Below are positions 1-10,320 of a stretch of DNA of 64,000 bases, piece by piece. Source of the stretch: Octopus bimaculoides. Its lineage: Eukaryota. Location: the NCBI RefSeq assembly GCF_001194135.2, contig NC_068981.1:132606423-132670422 (forward strand), given 5' to 3'. Below the pieces are notes generated by a model that saw only the letters and a list, made by a program, of their open reading frames with translations, did no database searches and was not told the origin of the DNA. A program made the translations under genes and the position numbers. Position 1 is the stretch's first letter, and each line of letters starts with the position of its first letter.

Positions 1-31
1 AGCAGGGCCAATTGAGGTGAANNNNNNNNNN

Positions 32-345
32 AAGTCACTTTCCTCCTTTATGTGTGTCTGGCACGATGTTGAAGAGAGCAGGGCCAATTGAGGTGAAATA
101 GTTCTGTCATAGTGTTGTGATACGACACGAACATTTCTGTAGTGGACGGATGGCACGGGGGCCAAGCCTCGGACGAATTTTAAAGATGGGCAATGTTGAT
201 GGAATATTTTCCACATAATACAGATGATATAGAGCTCACAGTGGCGGTGGAGAGAGCAAAGCCTGAGCTTTTTGAGTCGATCCCACTAGTCAAGGCTTGT
301 CATGTCATCCTCCGCAGACTTCCGCCAAGCAGCTCTTTTTAAGAT
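32..345 (-). mobile_element. CR1-like LINE relic (C-terminal end of ORF2)
   Basis: Minus strand translates to WDRLKKLRLCSLHRHCELYIICIMWKIFHQHCP, matching the CR1-clade motif Y.ERLK.L.LYSL.RRRERY.IIY.WKI. Stops and frameshifts are present. Confidence 0.7.
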
Positions 346-469
346 AGATTCGCGAGTAAAATTACTAATAGAGAAACGAAAATAAACTTTGGAAACAGCA
401 ACGCTACTATAGGTTACGTGGAGACGATGAACGCGTTTTCAAGGGAAATAATCAAAGAATGTAACATTG

Positions 470-1039
470 GGATCTATTTTAAAACGGGGGCCACATTTTT
501 CATTAATGTTTTACGTAGTGTTTTTGGTACGGAAAGACTTTCAAACTTCGTATACTTATCTATTTTGTGTTATAGAACAGAAAAATATTTTTGTATTCGA
601 ATTTATTTCATGTAAAAAATTGTCTTATTTCGATAATTTCAACCAATCACTGACAAGTATTCAGTTGTTTATATTTACTCTTTTGGCTGATTAAGCGATG
701 TAAAGCGTATTTAATCTCCATACCTTCGTTTTATTTGCTTTTTTCATTTTAAATTTGCTTTAACCCTAACCCTAACCCTAGGGTTAGGGTTAGGGTTAAT
801 TGTTTCAGAATCGTTTGTTTATGTAGTCGGCACTTAATGTATATCGGCTGAATGGACGTCAGTGATTGGTTGAAATTACAGAAATACGACAACTTTCACA
901 TGGAATAACTTATGGATTTCTTTTTTTTTTTTAAGAAGACTAAGAGAAAAAGATGTTTTATATGACACATTCTACCAGTGTTCCAAGTTTCAAAGTGTTT
1001 CGTTAATGAAAAATGTGGCCCCCGTTTTAAAAAATATCC
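470..1039. mobile_element. MITE with ~37-bp TIRs, 8-bp TSD and central inverted telomeric repeats
   Basis: Left end GGATCTATTTTTAAAACGGGGGCCACATTTTTCATTAA; right end TTAATGAAAAATGTGGCCCCCGTTTTAAAAAATATCC. Perfect TSD TAACATTG at 462-469 and 1040-1047. Perfect 40-bp (CCCTAA)/(TTAGGG) palindrome at 760-799. Confidence 0.9.
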
Positions 1040-1084
1040 TAACATTGTAATACTTCATGTAAAGTAAATCTAACAAATGAAAAA

Positions 1085-1270
1085 TCCTTTAAGAATCCAT
1101 AAAAATTGCCAGATCACTACCAAAATTTTATCATCTGTTCCTTGTGTCAATACCCACTTTTCCTGCACGTTTGATCAAATACCGTTCACAACTTTTTGAG
1201 TTATTTTGCATACAGACGGACAAACCAACGACGATGAAAAAATAACCTCCTTCTTTGGCGGAGGTAATAA
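1085..1270 (+). mobile_element. Helentron/HINE-like non-autonomous element, 3' part
   Basis: CAGACGGACAAAC followed by AAAATAACCTCC...GGAGGTAAT terminal hairpin, the typical 3' end of this element class. Confidence 0.5.
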
Positions 1271-1400
1271 TCCTTTCTACTAGAGGTACAAAACCTGAAA
1301 TTTTGGGGGAGGGGATAGCCGCTTACATCGACCTCAGTGCTTGACTGGTACTTGTTTCATCAGCTCCGAAAAAATAAAGGGAAAGTCGACCTTGGCCGAA
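1268..1400 (-). mobile_element. SINE-A 3' fragment
   Basis: Reverse complement of the SINE-A tail seen at 11950-12052 and 63420-63543. Confidence 0.7.
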
Positions 1401-1520
1401 CGGTATATTCAGTAATGGAAGCATGTTGTACAACTTGGCGTATTCTTTTTAAGAAAGGTAAAATCGTAATTAATTTGGTTTACTGAAAAGAAAGAAAAAA
1501 ATAAATAAAAGAAACAAAGC

Positions 1521-2680
1521 CCTGACATGATTATGTCGTTAAGAATCTCGCTTAGCGATCATGTGGTTTCAGGTTCAATCCTACTTCGTGGCACTTTGAG
1601 AAAATGTCTTCTACAATATCTCTGGGCTGGTCAACGCCTTTTGAGTGAATATGGTAAACGGAAACTGTAGAATGCTACATGCACGCGCGCATATGTGTGT
1701 GTTTGTCCCCCCCCCCGTTTGTCAACCGATGTTGGCTTATTTACATCCCCGTAATCTAGCGTTTCGGCAAAAGAAAACGATAGAATAAATACTGGATCTT
1801 TTTGGTTTGACGGGCAACACTTGTTTTCTTAACGAAACACTTTCAAACTTGGGATACTGGTAGAATGTGTCATATAAAACATCTTTTTCTCTTAGCCTTC
1901 TTAACAAAAATTAGTTCTTAATAAGTTATTTCATGTTAAAGTTGTCGTATTTCTGTAATTTCAATCAATCACTGACGTCTATTCAGCTGAATATAGTTAG
2001 TGCTCTTTTTATAAACAATAATTTTTACCGGTGTCAAGAGTGTTATTCCCTGTTTAATTATATCATTATTTCCTAGTAAGGGTTTAGGGTGTTAGGGTTC
2101 GGGTTTTAGAGTTGGGGTTAGGGTTAGGGTTATGAGTGAGGTTATGGCAAAAATAATCATAACCCTAACCGTAAACCTAAAACTAACCCTAACTCTAAAA
2201 CCCGAACCATAACCCTAAAACCCTAAAGCTAAAACCAGTACAAACGCACGAACGATGTCATAAATAAGAGTAACACGGGTAGTTGTTGTTGACAAACAAT
2301 GGCACTAATTTTATTCAAGGGAAAAGATCCCATGACACCGTTGTTTACATTCCACGCCATTAATTGTTTTCACCTCAATAGACATCAGTGATTGGTTGAA
2401 ATTACCGAAATACGACAACTTTTTCCATGAAATAACTTCGAATACAAAAATTTTTCTCGGTTCTATAATACAAAATATACAAGTATACGAAGTTTGAAAG
2501 TGTTTCGGTACCAAAAACACTACAGAAAACATTAATGAAAAATGTTGCCCGTCAAACCAAAAAGATCCTAAGTACTAGACTTAAGAAATAAAGCACTAAG
2601 TTCGATTAAAGTTTAATTACTAGACCTTTCAAGGCCACCGCAGTCCAAGGACTGAAAACAAAAATGACAAAAGTAAAATC
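1521..2680 (+). mobile_element. SINE-B, split by the MITE at 1794-2568
   Basis: The 5' part (1521-1793) and 3' part (2569-2680) rejoin to the SINE-B sequence GATAGAATAAGTACTAG once the insertion is removed. Confidence 0.8.
1794..2568. mobile_element. MITE, same family as 470-1039, opposite orientation
   Basis: Perfect 26-bp TIR GGATCTTTTTGGTTTGACGGGCAACA. TSD TAAATACT (1786-1793) / TAAGTACT (2569-2576). Degenerate TTAGGG array then CCCTAA array at ~2080-2235. Internal arms are homologous to 470-1039. Confidence 0.9.
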
Positions 2681-3200
2681 AAAATTAGGGTTTACTGAAA
2701 AACAACTGTCAATGTGTTTTTTAATTAAATTTAGATTTACTGAAGAATAAAATTGTCGATGTGTTTCTTGAATGTAATTTAGGTTTACTGGAAAAAAAAA
2801 TTGTTAACGTTGTTTTTAAATTCAATTTAGGCTTACTCTTTTACTTGTTTCAGTCATTTGACTGCGGCCATGCTGGAGCACCGCCTTTAGTCGAGAAAAT
2901 GGACCCCAGGACTTATTCTTTGTAAGCCTAGTACTTATTCTATCGGTCTCTTTTTGCCGAACCGCTAAGTTACGGGGACGTAAACACACCAGCATCGGTT
3001 GTCAAGCGATGGTGGGGGTACAAACACAGACACACATATATATATATACATATATACGACAGGCTTCTTTCAGTTTCCGTCTACCAAATCCACTCACAAG
3101 GCTAATGATAAAAAAATAAAACAACTATCAATGTGTTTTTGAATTTAATTTAGGCTTATTGAAAAAATAATTGTCAACGTATTCTTAAATATAATTTGTA
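2680..3200. repeat. ~50-bp AT-rich minisatellite interrupted by SINE-B
   Basis: Units like ATTTAGGTTTACTGAAAAA...TTGTCAATGTGTTTTT repeat at 2680-2833 and resume at 3105-3200. Confidence 0.65.
2834..3103 (-). mobile_element. SINE-B, young, 5'-truncated
   Basis: Near-identical to the copy at 18526-18945, with a TACTCTTT tail. Confidence 0.85.
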
Positions 3201-4754
3201 TGAACCGCCCTTTCAAAGTATTTTACTAACCGAAGCAACTGAAGGTGGGAGAACTGCTTAAATATATATTATACGTGAGGAGAAAGGTTGTTCAACGAAC
3301 ACTCGCTGCCATAAAAGGCCTCTCACATGGCTGAGACTGAGGAGAAAAACAAACTGTTAAAACACCCAGGGCATGGGTTGTAGTGTTTTTTGTTTTACGT
3401 TATTATTTTCCAAGCTATTTTTACCTTCGTTTCGTGAGTGTCCCACCCCACCACACACACATATATAAGTGTTATACTTTCTTACAGAGGGTACTTAAAA
3501 TATGACTAATTCTTAAGTGTTCACCCTATAAATAATAATATATATTATTTATGTTTGTATTCTTTTAACGTGGAAGTGAATTTAAAAGATAACGAAAGGG
3601 TTCCGTTATACTTGTATCATTTTCTCCTCTACCATACTTCTTTCTGTACCCAAGCGTAGTAATGTCAGAATTTATGTAATATCAATTAACTTCTATGTTA
3701 ATATTGCATATTATAATATTACAGTGCTACGATAAAACAAGTGGAAGTTTTGCTGTAGATAATAACGTCACTGATTTCCTTGAACTCAGAACAGAAAACA
3801 TCTTTAAATATGGTTTCTAATTTTAGCACGAAGTGTCATGTTTCTATAGGTGAAAAATGGTTGATTGAATGAATGGTGAACGGAAATAAAATCATCGAGG
3901 AAAGGGAATAGACGGCGTATTTCATTACAATGTTGTATGTAAATAATAGAAATAATTAAATAATAGAAATAATTGAAGTCGCTTATTAATTGACAGACAA
4001 TACACGACGCGTGCAGAATGAAAAGTTATGTAATCGCATTAAATGTAAAAGGAAAATAATTACATTTTATGTAATATATAAAATGAAAAAAACAAAACCC
4101 ATTAATTCTGTTTTTATTGGAGTTCAATGCCTTTTTAGGCGTACTGGGCAGTTTGTCCCGAGGGCTCTGCGGGTTTAGGAGACTAAAGCTAAATCGAGTA
4201 TACGATGGTATTCTTATAGGCTGATTATGTGGGCTCCTCAGTACATTACTTTGTATGGGGAATGGGCCATAATACTGTAAGATGGCTCTGAGTCTGTAAC
4301 ATTTTTCTTCTTCCAGGTTAGATTAACTACTCAGTTCCCCAATAAGCGACTGGTTTGTATATTATCAGCCCCCGCATGAAAAGCTAAATCAACTCCAGTA
4401 CTACTTTAACTGAGAACGAAGAAGTCAAAATATTTATTTTTGCATTCCTATTATCTACTACATACATCACCCATCCTAGATGCATGAAAGTCCTGTTATC
4501 TCTATTTTGTCACATTTATGATATGTAAATAAAAAACGTGCGACATTACAAGCCCAGTTTACCGGACACGTCAGCCTTTGTGCGTTCGTTCGGTTTGGCA
4601 AAAATAGCAGCTAAATCTTCTTCTTTTTGCGCTTTATCATCTGACTCTGATTATAGATTTGTTTACACAAGGCTGATCTGCAGCTAAATATGTTAAGCCG
4701 TTGTTGTTGTTTAGTCGCAGTTCAAACCTAATGGAACAGGTAGACCACTTTTTT

Positions 4755-5711
4755 GGGGATCCACGCAACAAAATAGTAAATTGAGGATCCACAATAATAT
4801 TATAAGAACCCTTGAAAAGATTTAGCTTTAGATGTATGTATTGCAAGAAACAGCTGGGTTTCTTTCTCAGACATTTTACGTAGTTCAACCTACACAAGTG
4901 AATGTGTGAAAAACAAAATAGGAATTTTGAAAGACGTTTGTATTAAACTAGTTTTTAAACATCAAATGACTATGAGGTCCACTAGAATAAAATAGTTAAC
5001 AGAAGGGGTCCATGCACGCAAAATAGTAAATTTGGGATTCGCAATGGTATTATAAGAGGACCTGGAATGATTTTGCTTTAGATGTATGTATTGGTATGTA
5101 TGTATTGCAAGAACCAGTTAGGTTTCTTTCTCGAACGTTCATCCTACACAGGTTAATGTGTGAAAAACAAAATATGAATTTTCGAAGAAGTTTCTATAAA
5201 ACAAGTCTTTAAACATCGAATGGCTATGGAGGCCCACGAGAATAAAATAGTTAACAGAAGGGGTCCATGCTTTGAAAAACAGTAAATTTGGGATCCGCAA
5301 TGGTATTTATAAGAGGACCTGGAATGATTTTACTTTAGATGTATGTATTGGTATGTATTGCAAGAAACAGCTGGGTTTCTTTCTCTAACATTTTACATAG
5401 TTCATCCAAGTTGATGTGTGAAAAACAAAATAGGAATTTTGAATGAAGTATCTATAAAACTAATTTTTAAACATCAAATGGCTATGGGTGTCCACCAGAA
5501 TAAGATAGTAATCAAAGGGGGTCCCTACACGCAAAATTGTAAATTTGGGAATCTACGGTAGTATTTTAAGGGTCGCCACATTAACTCAATTTTTTAATGG
5601 GAAGATAATCTAATTTTTTAATGGCAATTTTTTAATGGGGGTGAAATAACCAAAAAGTACCTTAACTGGTAATCAAAGGGTCCACAGATAAAACATTGTT
5701 GAGAACTCCTG
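4755..5711. repeat. ~250-bp tandem repeat (~3.4 units) ending in a hAT-like terminus
   Basis: Units start GGGG(A)TCC..CAAAA..GTAAATT at ~4755, 5006, 5259 and 5517. Terminal GTTGAGAACTCCTG at 5698-5711. The unit is homologous to the interior of 47476-48893. Confidence 0.75.
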
Positions 5712-6249
5712 AGATAGATGATTAGAGGCATTCATTCTGACTAGTGACACCACACCCCAATGTACTTCTTCCCGTACCAGACCGTATAAAATTCTTATTA
5801 ACCTTAGTGATGTGTTTTTGCTTTGTACTAATGTTACTTGTATGTCGTAATTCCCGTACAACACTTAATACAGGAGTAAATGATGAACTAAATTACAATT
5901 ACACTTTTAAATATCATACACTCAACCTAAATAAAGTTTACATTTACAGTATTTCATGTAATTAAATTGAAGATTCGATAAGAAAGCGATATATATTTAC
6001 ATGGCTGGGTGGTTAAAAAGCCTGCATTCGGAATCACTTGGTTTTGAGTTTTGTTCTCTTGGGTCAGGGTCTTTTGCTATAACCCCAGGCTGACCAATGC
6101 TGTGTTAGTAGATTAGTCTGTAATTCGGGGTGGGAGAAGACTTCCTTTTGTACCCCCCCCCCAAAAAAAAACTCCCCCCTTTTTTTTTATTTAATTTTTT
6201 TTTTCACAAACCCCCATTTTCAGCTATGGAGAGTACGAATCTGAGAAAA

Positions 6250-6450
6250 ATTGGCATTTTGAAATTACCCCACCTCTAAATTCTTCATTTTATGTGGAAA
6301 AATACGGAGATTATGATTCAGAAAAAATTTCCAAAAATTTTTCTAGTTAGAGTTAGGGCTAAGGTTAGGGTTTTAGGGTTATGGTTAGGGTTAGGGTTAC
6401 AGAAAAAAGTGAAAAATGAAGTAAGAGGAGCAAGCAATTTCAAAATTCTG
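6250..6450. mobile_element. Foldback element with a central degenerate TTAGGG array
   Basis: Inverted arms CATTTTGAAATTACC..CTTCATTTT / AAAATGAAG..GCAATTTCAAAATTCTG surround TTAGGG-like repeats at ~6345-6400. Confidence 0.55.
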
Positions 6451-6584
6451 CCAACGAATCCAGGTGGTGAGAGGTTCACAAGATCCGATTTTTTTCCTCA
6501 TAACTTTTAAGAAAATGGATATCTTTTAATGAAATATTATATAAATACATTTCAAACGGCATAGATGGAAGTGATATACAGATA

Positions 6585-6775
6585 TTGTATATTGAGAATA
6601 ATAAGGTAGTCAAAATGCTGGATGATTATATATATTTTTATTTACATTTTTAGTGCTTTCTTCCGTTATCGGATTTATAAAAAAATCCGATAATGGAAGG
6701 AAGCGCTAAAAATATAAATAAAAGTATATATAATCATCCAGTTTCTGACTATCTTATTATTCTTAGTATATGTAT
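6585..6775. repeat. Long imperfect palindrome (~92-bp arms)
   Basis: Centre CGGATTTATAAAAAAATCCG. Arms align as reverse complements with scattered mismatches. Confidence 0.85.
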
Positions 6776-6782
6776 GTATATA

Positions 6783-6898
6783 TCAGAGCTGTGGAGTCAG
6801 AGTCGGAGTTGGAAGCAATTAAGGGGTAGCTGGAGTTGGAGTTTTGTAAAACTATACTGACTCAGACTCATGATATCTTTATTCTTTAATATAAACTA
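6783..6898 (+). mobile_element. hAT-like non-autonomous element, left end
   Basis: CAGAGCTGTGGAGTCAGAGTCGGAGTTGG terminus with GGAGTC subterminal repeats. A second copy of the interior lies at 17825-18065. Confidence 0.5.
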
Positions 6899-6901
6899 GT
6901 T

Positions 6902-6934
<33 letters not shown>

Positions 6935-6989
6935 GTTTAACGTCCGCTTTCCATGCTANNNNNNNNNNTATATATATTTCAATTCAATA

Positions 6990-7190
6990 TAGTTCAGTTT
7001 ACAGTAAACAATAGATGAAGACAGGTGAGGGAAAAACAAGCAGGTGTATTAGTTTGATGATCAAGAAGAATAGAAAAGTCTTCGATGTTTTGGGTGTATG
7101 TTCTTCAACAGAGAGGGTTGAGAGGGAAAAAAATGGAGAGAGAAAAACATGTGTTGGGATTAATGGTTCAACACGATATGTTGTGTGTGT
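6990..7190. mobile_element. Penelope-like terminal-repeat relic
   Basis: Shares AACAGAYGAAGACAGGTG with 28905-28940. The minus strand carries a decayed CTGTTGA...AAAACATC hammerhead-like motif. Confidence 0.35.
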
Positions 7191-8000
7191 GTGTGTGTGT
7201 GTGTAAAGTGCTATTGATAAAGGATTATAAAGCTAGATCAAATACTTGGCAAGCTCTCTGTTATTACAAATACACTAGACTAACAAAATGTTTTCAGATT
7301 GGTATAGAACTCCAGGAAATCCTATGATAAGATCCAAAGTTGAAGTCCATCACCAGTTGATTTTTGTGAATCCATAGTTTTACTCCCCAGTTAAACTGGT
7401 CTTTTTCACAGAGTGACATACAAGAAAAGGTATAATTAATTGGCTTTGAATACTTCCTTATTTGTGCATCTAGATGTACCAATAAAGAAATACACAAAAC
7501 TCATATATATTTGTGTGTGTGTGTGCGTGTGCGTGTGTATACATATATATTATGTATGTGTGTATGTATATGTAGGTGTGTATATGTATGTATGCAACAA
7601 CTATTTCGTTAAGCGTGTCTCAGTATCAGTCATTTGCATTAAAAAAAAAATAATTAAGAAATCCCAGATGAGTGCACAACAAAATAATAATAGCAAGTAG
7701 GCAGCATTTCTAAACAAGCCATTATCAAAATATTGCATGAAAACCTTTTCAGGTTTGAAAAAAAATATAAAGTCCTGTAAAGTAGCTGTTAATTGAGCTG
7801 CACACTGTTTAGCGGGAAAGGTTAACAGGAAATACAAACTGTCGAAAAAGCATGAAAAGTTTTTGAATATATTTTTTTAATTGTTTATTCCTGTGAATTG
7901 TTCTGAAAACTTTTGATGAAGGAACACTCTGAGTGACCCCTAATCTAAAAGTGGAAAAAAAATCATGTCACCCATTTACTTGGTTTATTAAAGTTACAGT

Positions 8001-8316
8001 GAAGGCGCATGGCTCAGTGGTTAGAGCATCGAGCTTATGATCGTGAGGTTGTGAGTTCGATTCCCAGACCGGGCTGTTTGTTGTGTTCTTGAGCAAGACA
8101 CTTTATTTCACATTGCTCCAGTTCACTCAGCTGTAGAAATGAGTTGCGACATCTCTGGTGCCAAGCTGTATCTGCCTTTCCCTTTCCCTTGGATAACATC
8201 AGTGGTGTGTAGAGGGGAGGCTGGTATGTATGGGTGACTGCTGGCCTTTCATAAACAACCTTGCCCAGACTTGTGCCTCAGAGGGTAACTTTCTAGGTGC
8301 AATCCCATGGTCATTC
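8001..8316 (+). mobile_element. SINE-D (tRNA-headed)
   Basis: A-box TGGCTCAGTGG and B-box GAGTTCGATTCC. Homologous to 63554-63878 and 56905-57200. Confidence 0.85.
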
Positions 8317-8483
8317 TAACATAAAGCATAAATGACTTGAAGTGTTATGTTGATGTAAGATATGTTATTTTGTTAATCTTTAGCAGTGAATGTTACATAG
8401 TTGTTACATGATAGTTGTGTATGTATGTTCATTCATGTCTGCTGTGTATGCATTTGTATAAGTACATGTATTCTTTTATCCTT

Positions 8484-8885
8484 TTACTTATTTCAGTCAT
8501 TTGACTGTGGCCATACTGGGTTTTAGTAAAGAAATTGACCCCGTGACTTATTCTTTGTAAACCTAGTACTTATTTGATGAGTTTATTTTGGTGAACTGCT
8601 AAGCTACAGGGAGATAAACACACCAGCATTGGTTGTCAAGCGATGACAGGGATGGGGGTTGTTGGACACACACACACACACACACACACACATGATGGGT
8701 TTCTTTCAGTTTCTGTCTACCAAATCCATTCACAAGGCTTTAGTCAGCCTGAGGCTATAGTAGAAGANNNNNNNNNNTTTAGTCAGCCTGAGGCTATAGT
8801 AGAAGATTCTTGCCCAAGGTGCCACACAGTGGGACTGAACCTGGAACCATGTGGTTAGGAAGCAAGCTTCTTATCACACGACCAT
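8484..8885 (-). mobile_element. SINE-B (spans a 10-N gap)
   Basis: Homologous to 18526-18945. Confidence 0.8.
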
Positions 8886-9004
8886 GTTATATCTAATCAC
8901 ACAAAACTGAACTAAATTGATGTGTGTGTAATGACATTACAACATTTTAGTTTTATTTTTTATTTTATTTTATTTCTTTCAAAAGTTTTAAAGAGAAAAA
9001 CATC

Positions 9005-10320
9005 CCTACAATTTATACACCTTCAAATTTGTCTTTATTCCTCCTCTCAATCCAGTAGTGGCCAGATTGCTAAACCAATTTACTGTCACAACATGGAGTA
9101 TAAGACTGCTTTGCCTCTCATGGTGTTCACAAAACCTTTATTGATTTACCAGTGATATCAGCTATTTCCATCTCCACCAGTTCCAACATATATGTATCTA
9201 ACAGCAGTGTGAACTTGCACTAGTTATCTTCCTTGACCATCATCACATCACTGAATGGTTGGGTAACAACCTCCAAGATATAGCTCTTAGTGGAAGTATC
9301 AGCAACAGTTACATCCTATATCAAAAAGATTCTTGAGAAATGCATAAAATAGGCCATACCATTTGGACATTTGCCATCACTGAGGTTCAGTGTGATGAGT
9401 TCCAATATCACCATTATGTCTATAGACACTAAAGGTTGTCGAGTATCTCTCAGGACACTGAAATGATACAAGAATGCATTACACTCTAGGGATTGATTAC
9501 ACCATAACATTTTACTCTTGCTTGAGTATATGCCAACTCAGAAAGTACCATTGTCAAGCTTGGTACTGATAGGAAATACTGGAAAGCAAATGCGCCAGAC
9601 TTTACTATGCAGTAGTCAATTGAGTGAGATTTCGTTGATTTTGTGTGTCTTCAAACATGTACTCTGTATGTTTCTCAATTAAGTTTTCATTCCAGTTGTG
9701 TTGCTTTGTCTTTGACACTAATTTGATTTTGAATCCCAAACTGATTATCCATTCCTCCAAAATAAGCTGTGTATGGTCTATGAATGAGGAAGATCCATTA
9801 GGATTGGAAAGGATTCTCATAGCTAATGTTGCTGTAGTATGTAGTCATAAAATATATGATGATAGTTCAAGTCAGATAATATCCTGGGAAGGCTTCTCAA
9901 TACTATTTTCAGAGTGGCTAATAACCAACTGATGTCATTGAAACTGACATTAGATATGTCTGCTGGAATCCTCCTTATAAGCTGATCTGTAGCAGTGAGG
10001 TGATTGTTTTACCTCTACAGTTGGGCAGAGAAAGTACGTCAATTTTGGCATTGTGCAGTTTGTTAATCAACATGGTGCCAGTTGGTTCTGTGTCCAGTTG
10101 TTTCAATTGAAAACAGCAGATGGAATGTTTGCTGGTGTGCAACTTGTTTGGTCAAAATGGAATTAAACAATTATTGATGTATGAAGCAGCTTTGAATAAA
10201 ACATATCTGTTACTTAGTATGTTTTCGTGTCCTGCTACTAAAGCACAGCATATCTCCTACATGCAAGTTGGAATATGAATTGATAGCATGTATCATGCTT
10301 TCACAAATTGCTTTAGGGCC
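9005..10320 (-). pseudogene. Highly decayed R4/Dong-like LINE ORF (post-RT region)
   Basis: Minus-strand fragments IHAINSY, QLKQLDT and HNAKIDVLSLPNCRG resemble AINT.A..., L..LD..TRK and HPKADVDRLYLPR..GGRG of R4/Dong ORFs. Many stops. Confidence 0.45.

Noticed and set aside
1-98. Direct repeat AGCAGGGCCAATTGAGGTGAA on both sides of a 10-N gap
   Set aside because: Typical unmerged contig overlap; the same pattern occurs at 8738-8807.
760-799. True telomere or chromosome fusion site
   Set aside because: Only about three repeats per side, and it lies inside a TIR/TSD-bounded element.
4213-4272. Possible SLC7 N-terminal exon (LIMWAPQY...)
   Set aside because: Only superficial similarity to the LIVW...YAELG region; no convincing frame or splice context.
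8001-8075. tRNA genes at SINE heads (also 11842, 60159, 61439, 63554)
   Set aside because: A-box and B-box are present but there is no complete cloverleaf, and each continues into a repeat body, so these are SINEs.
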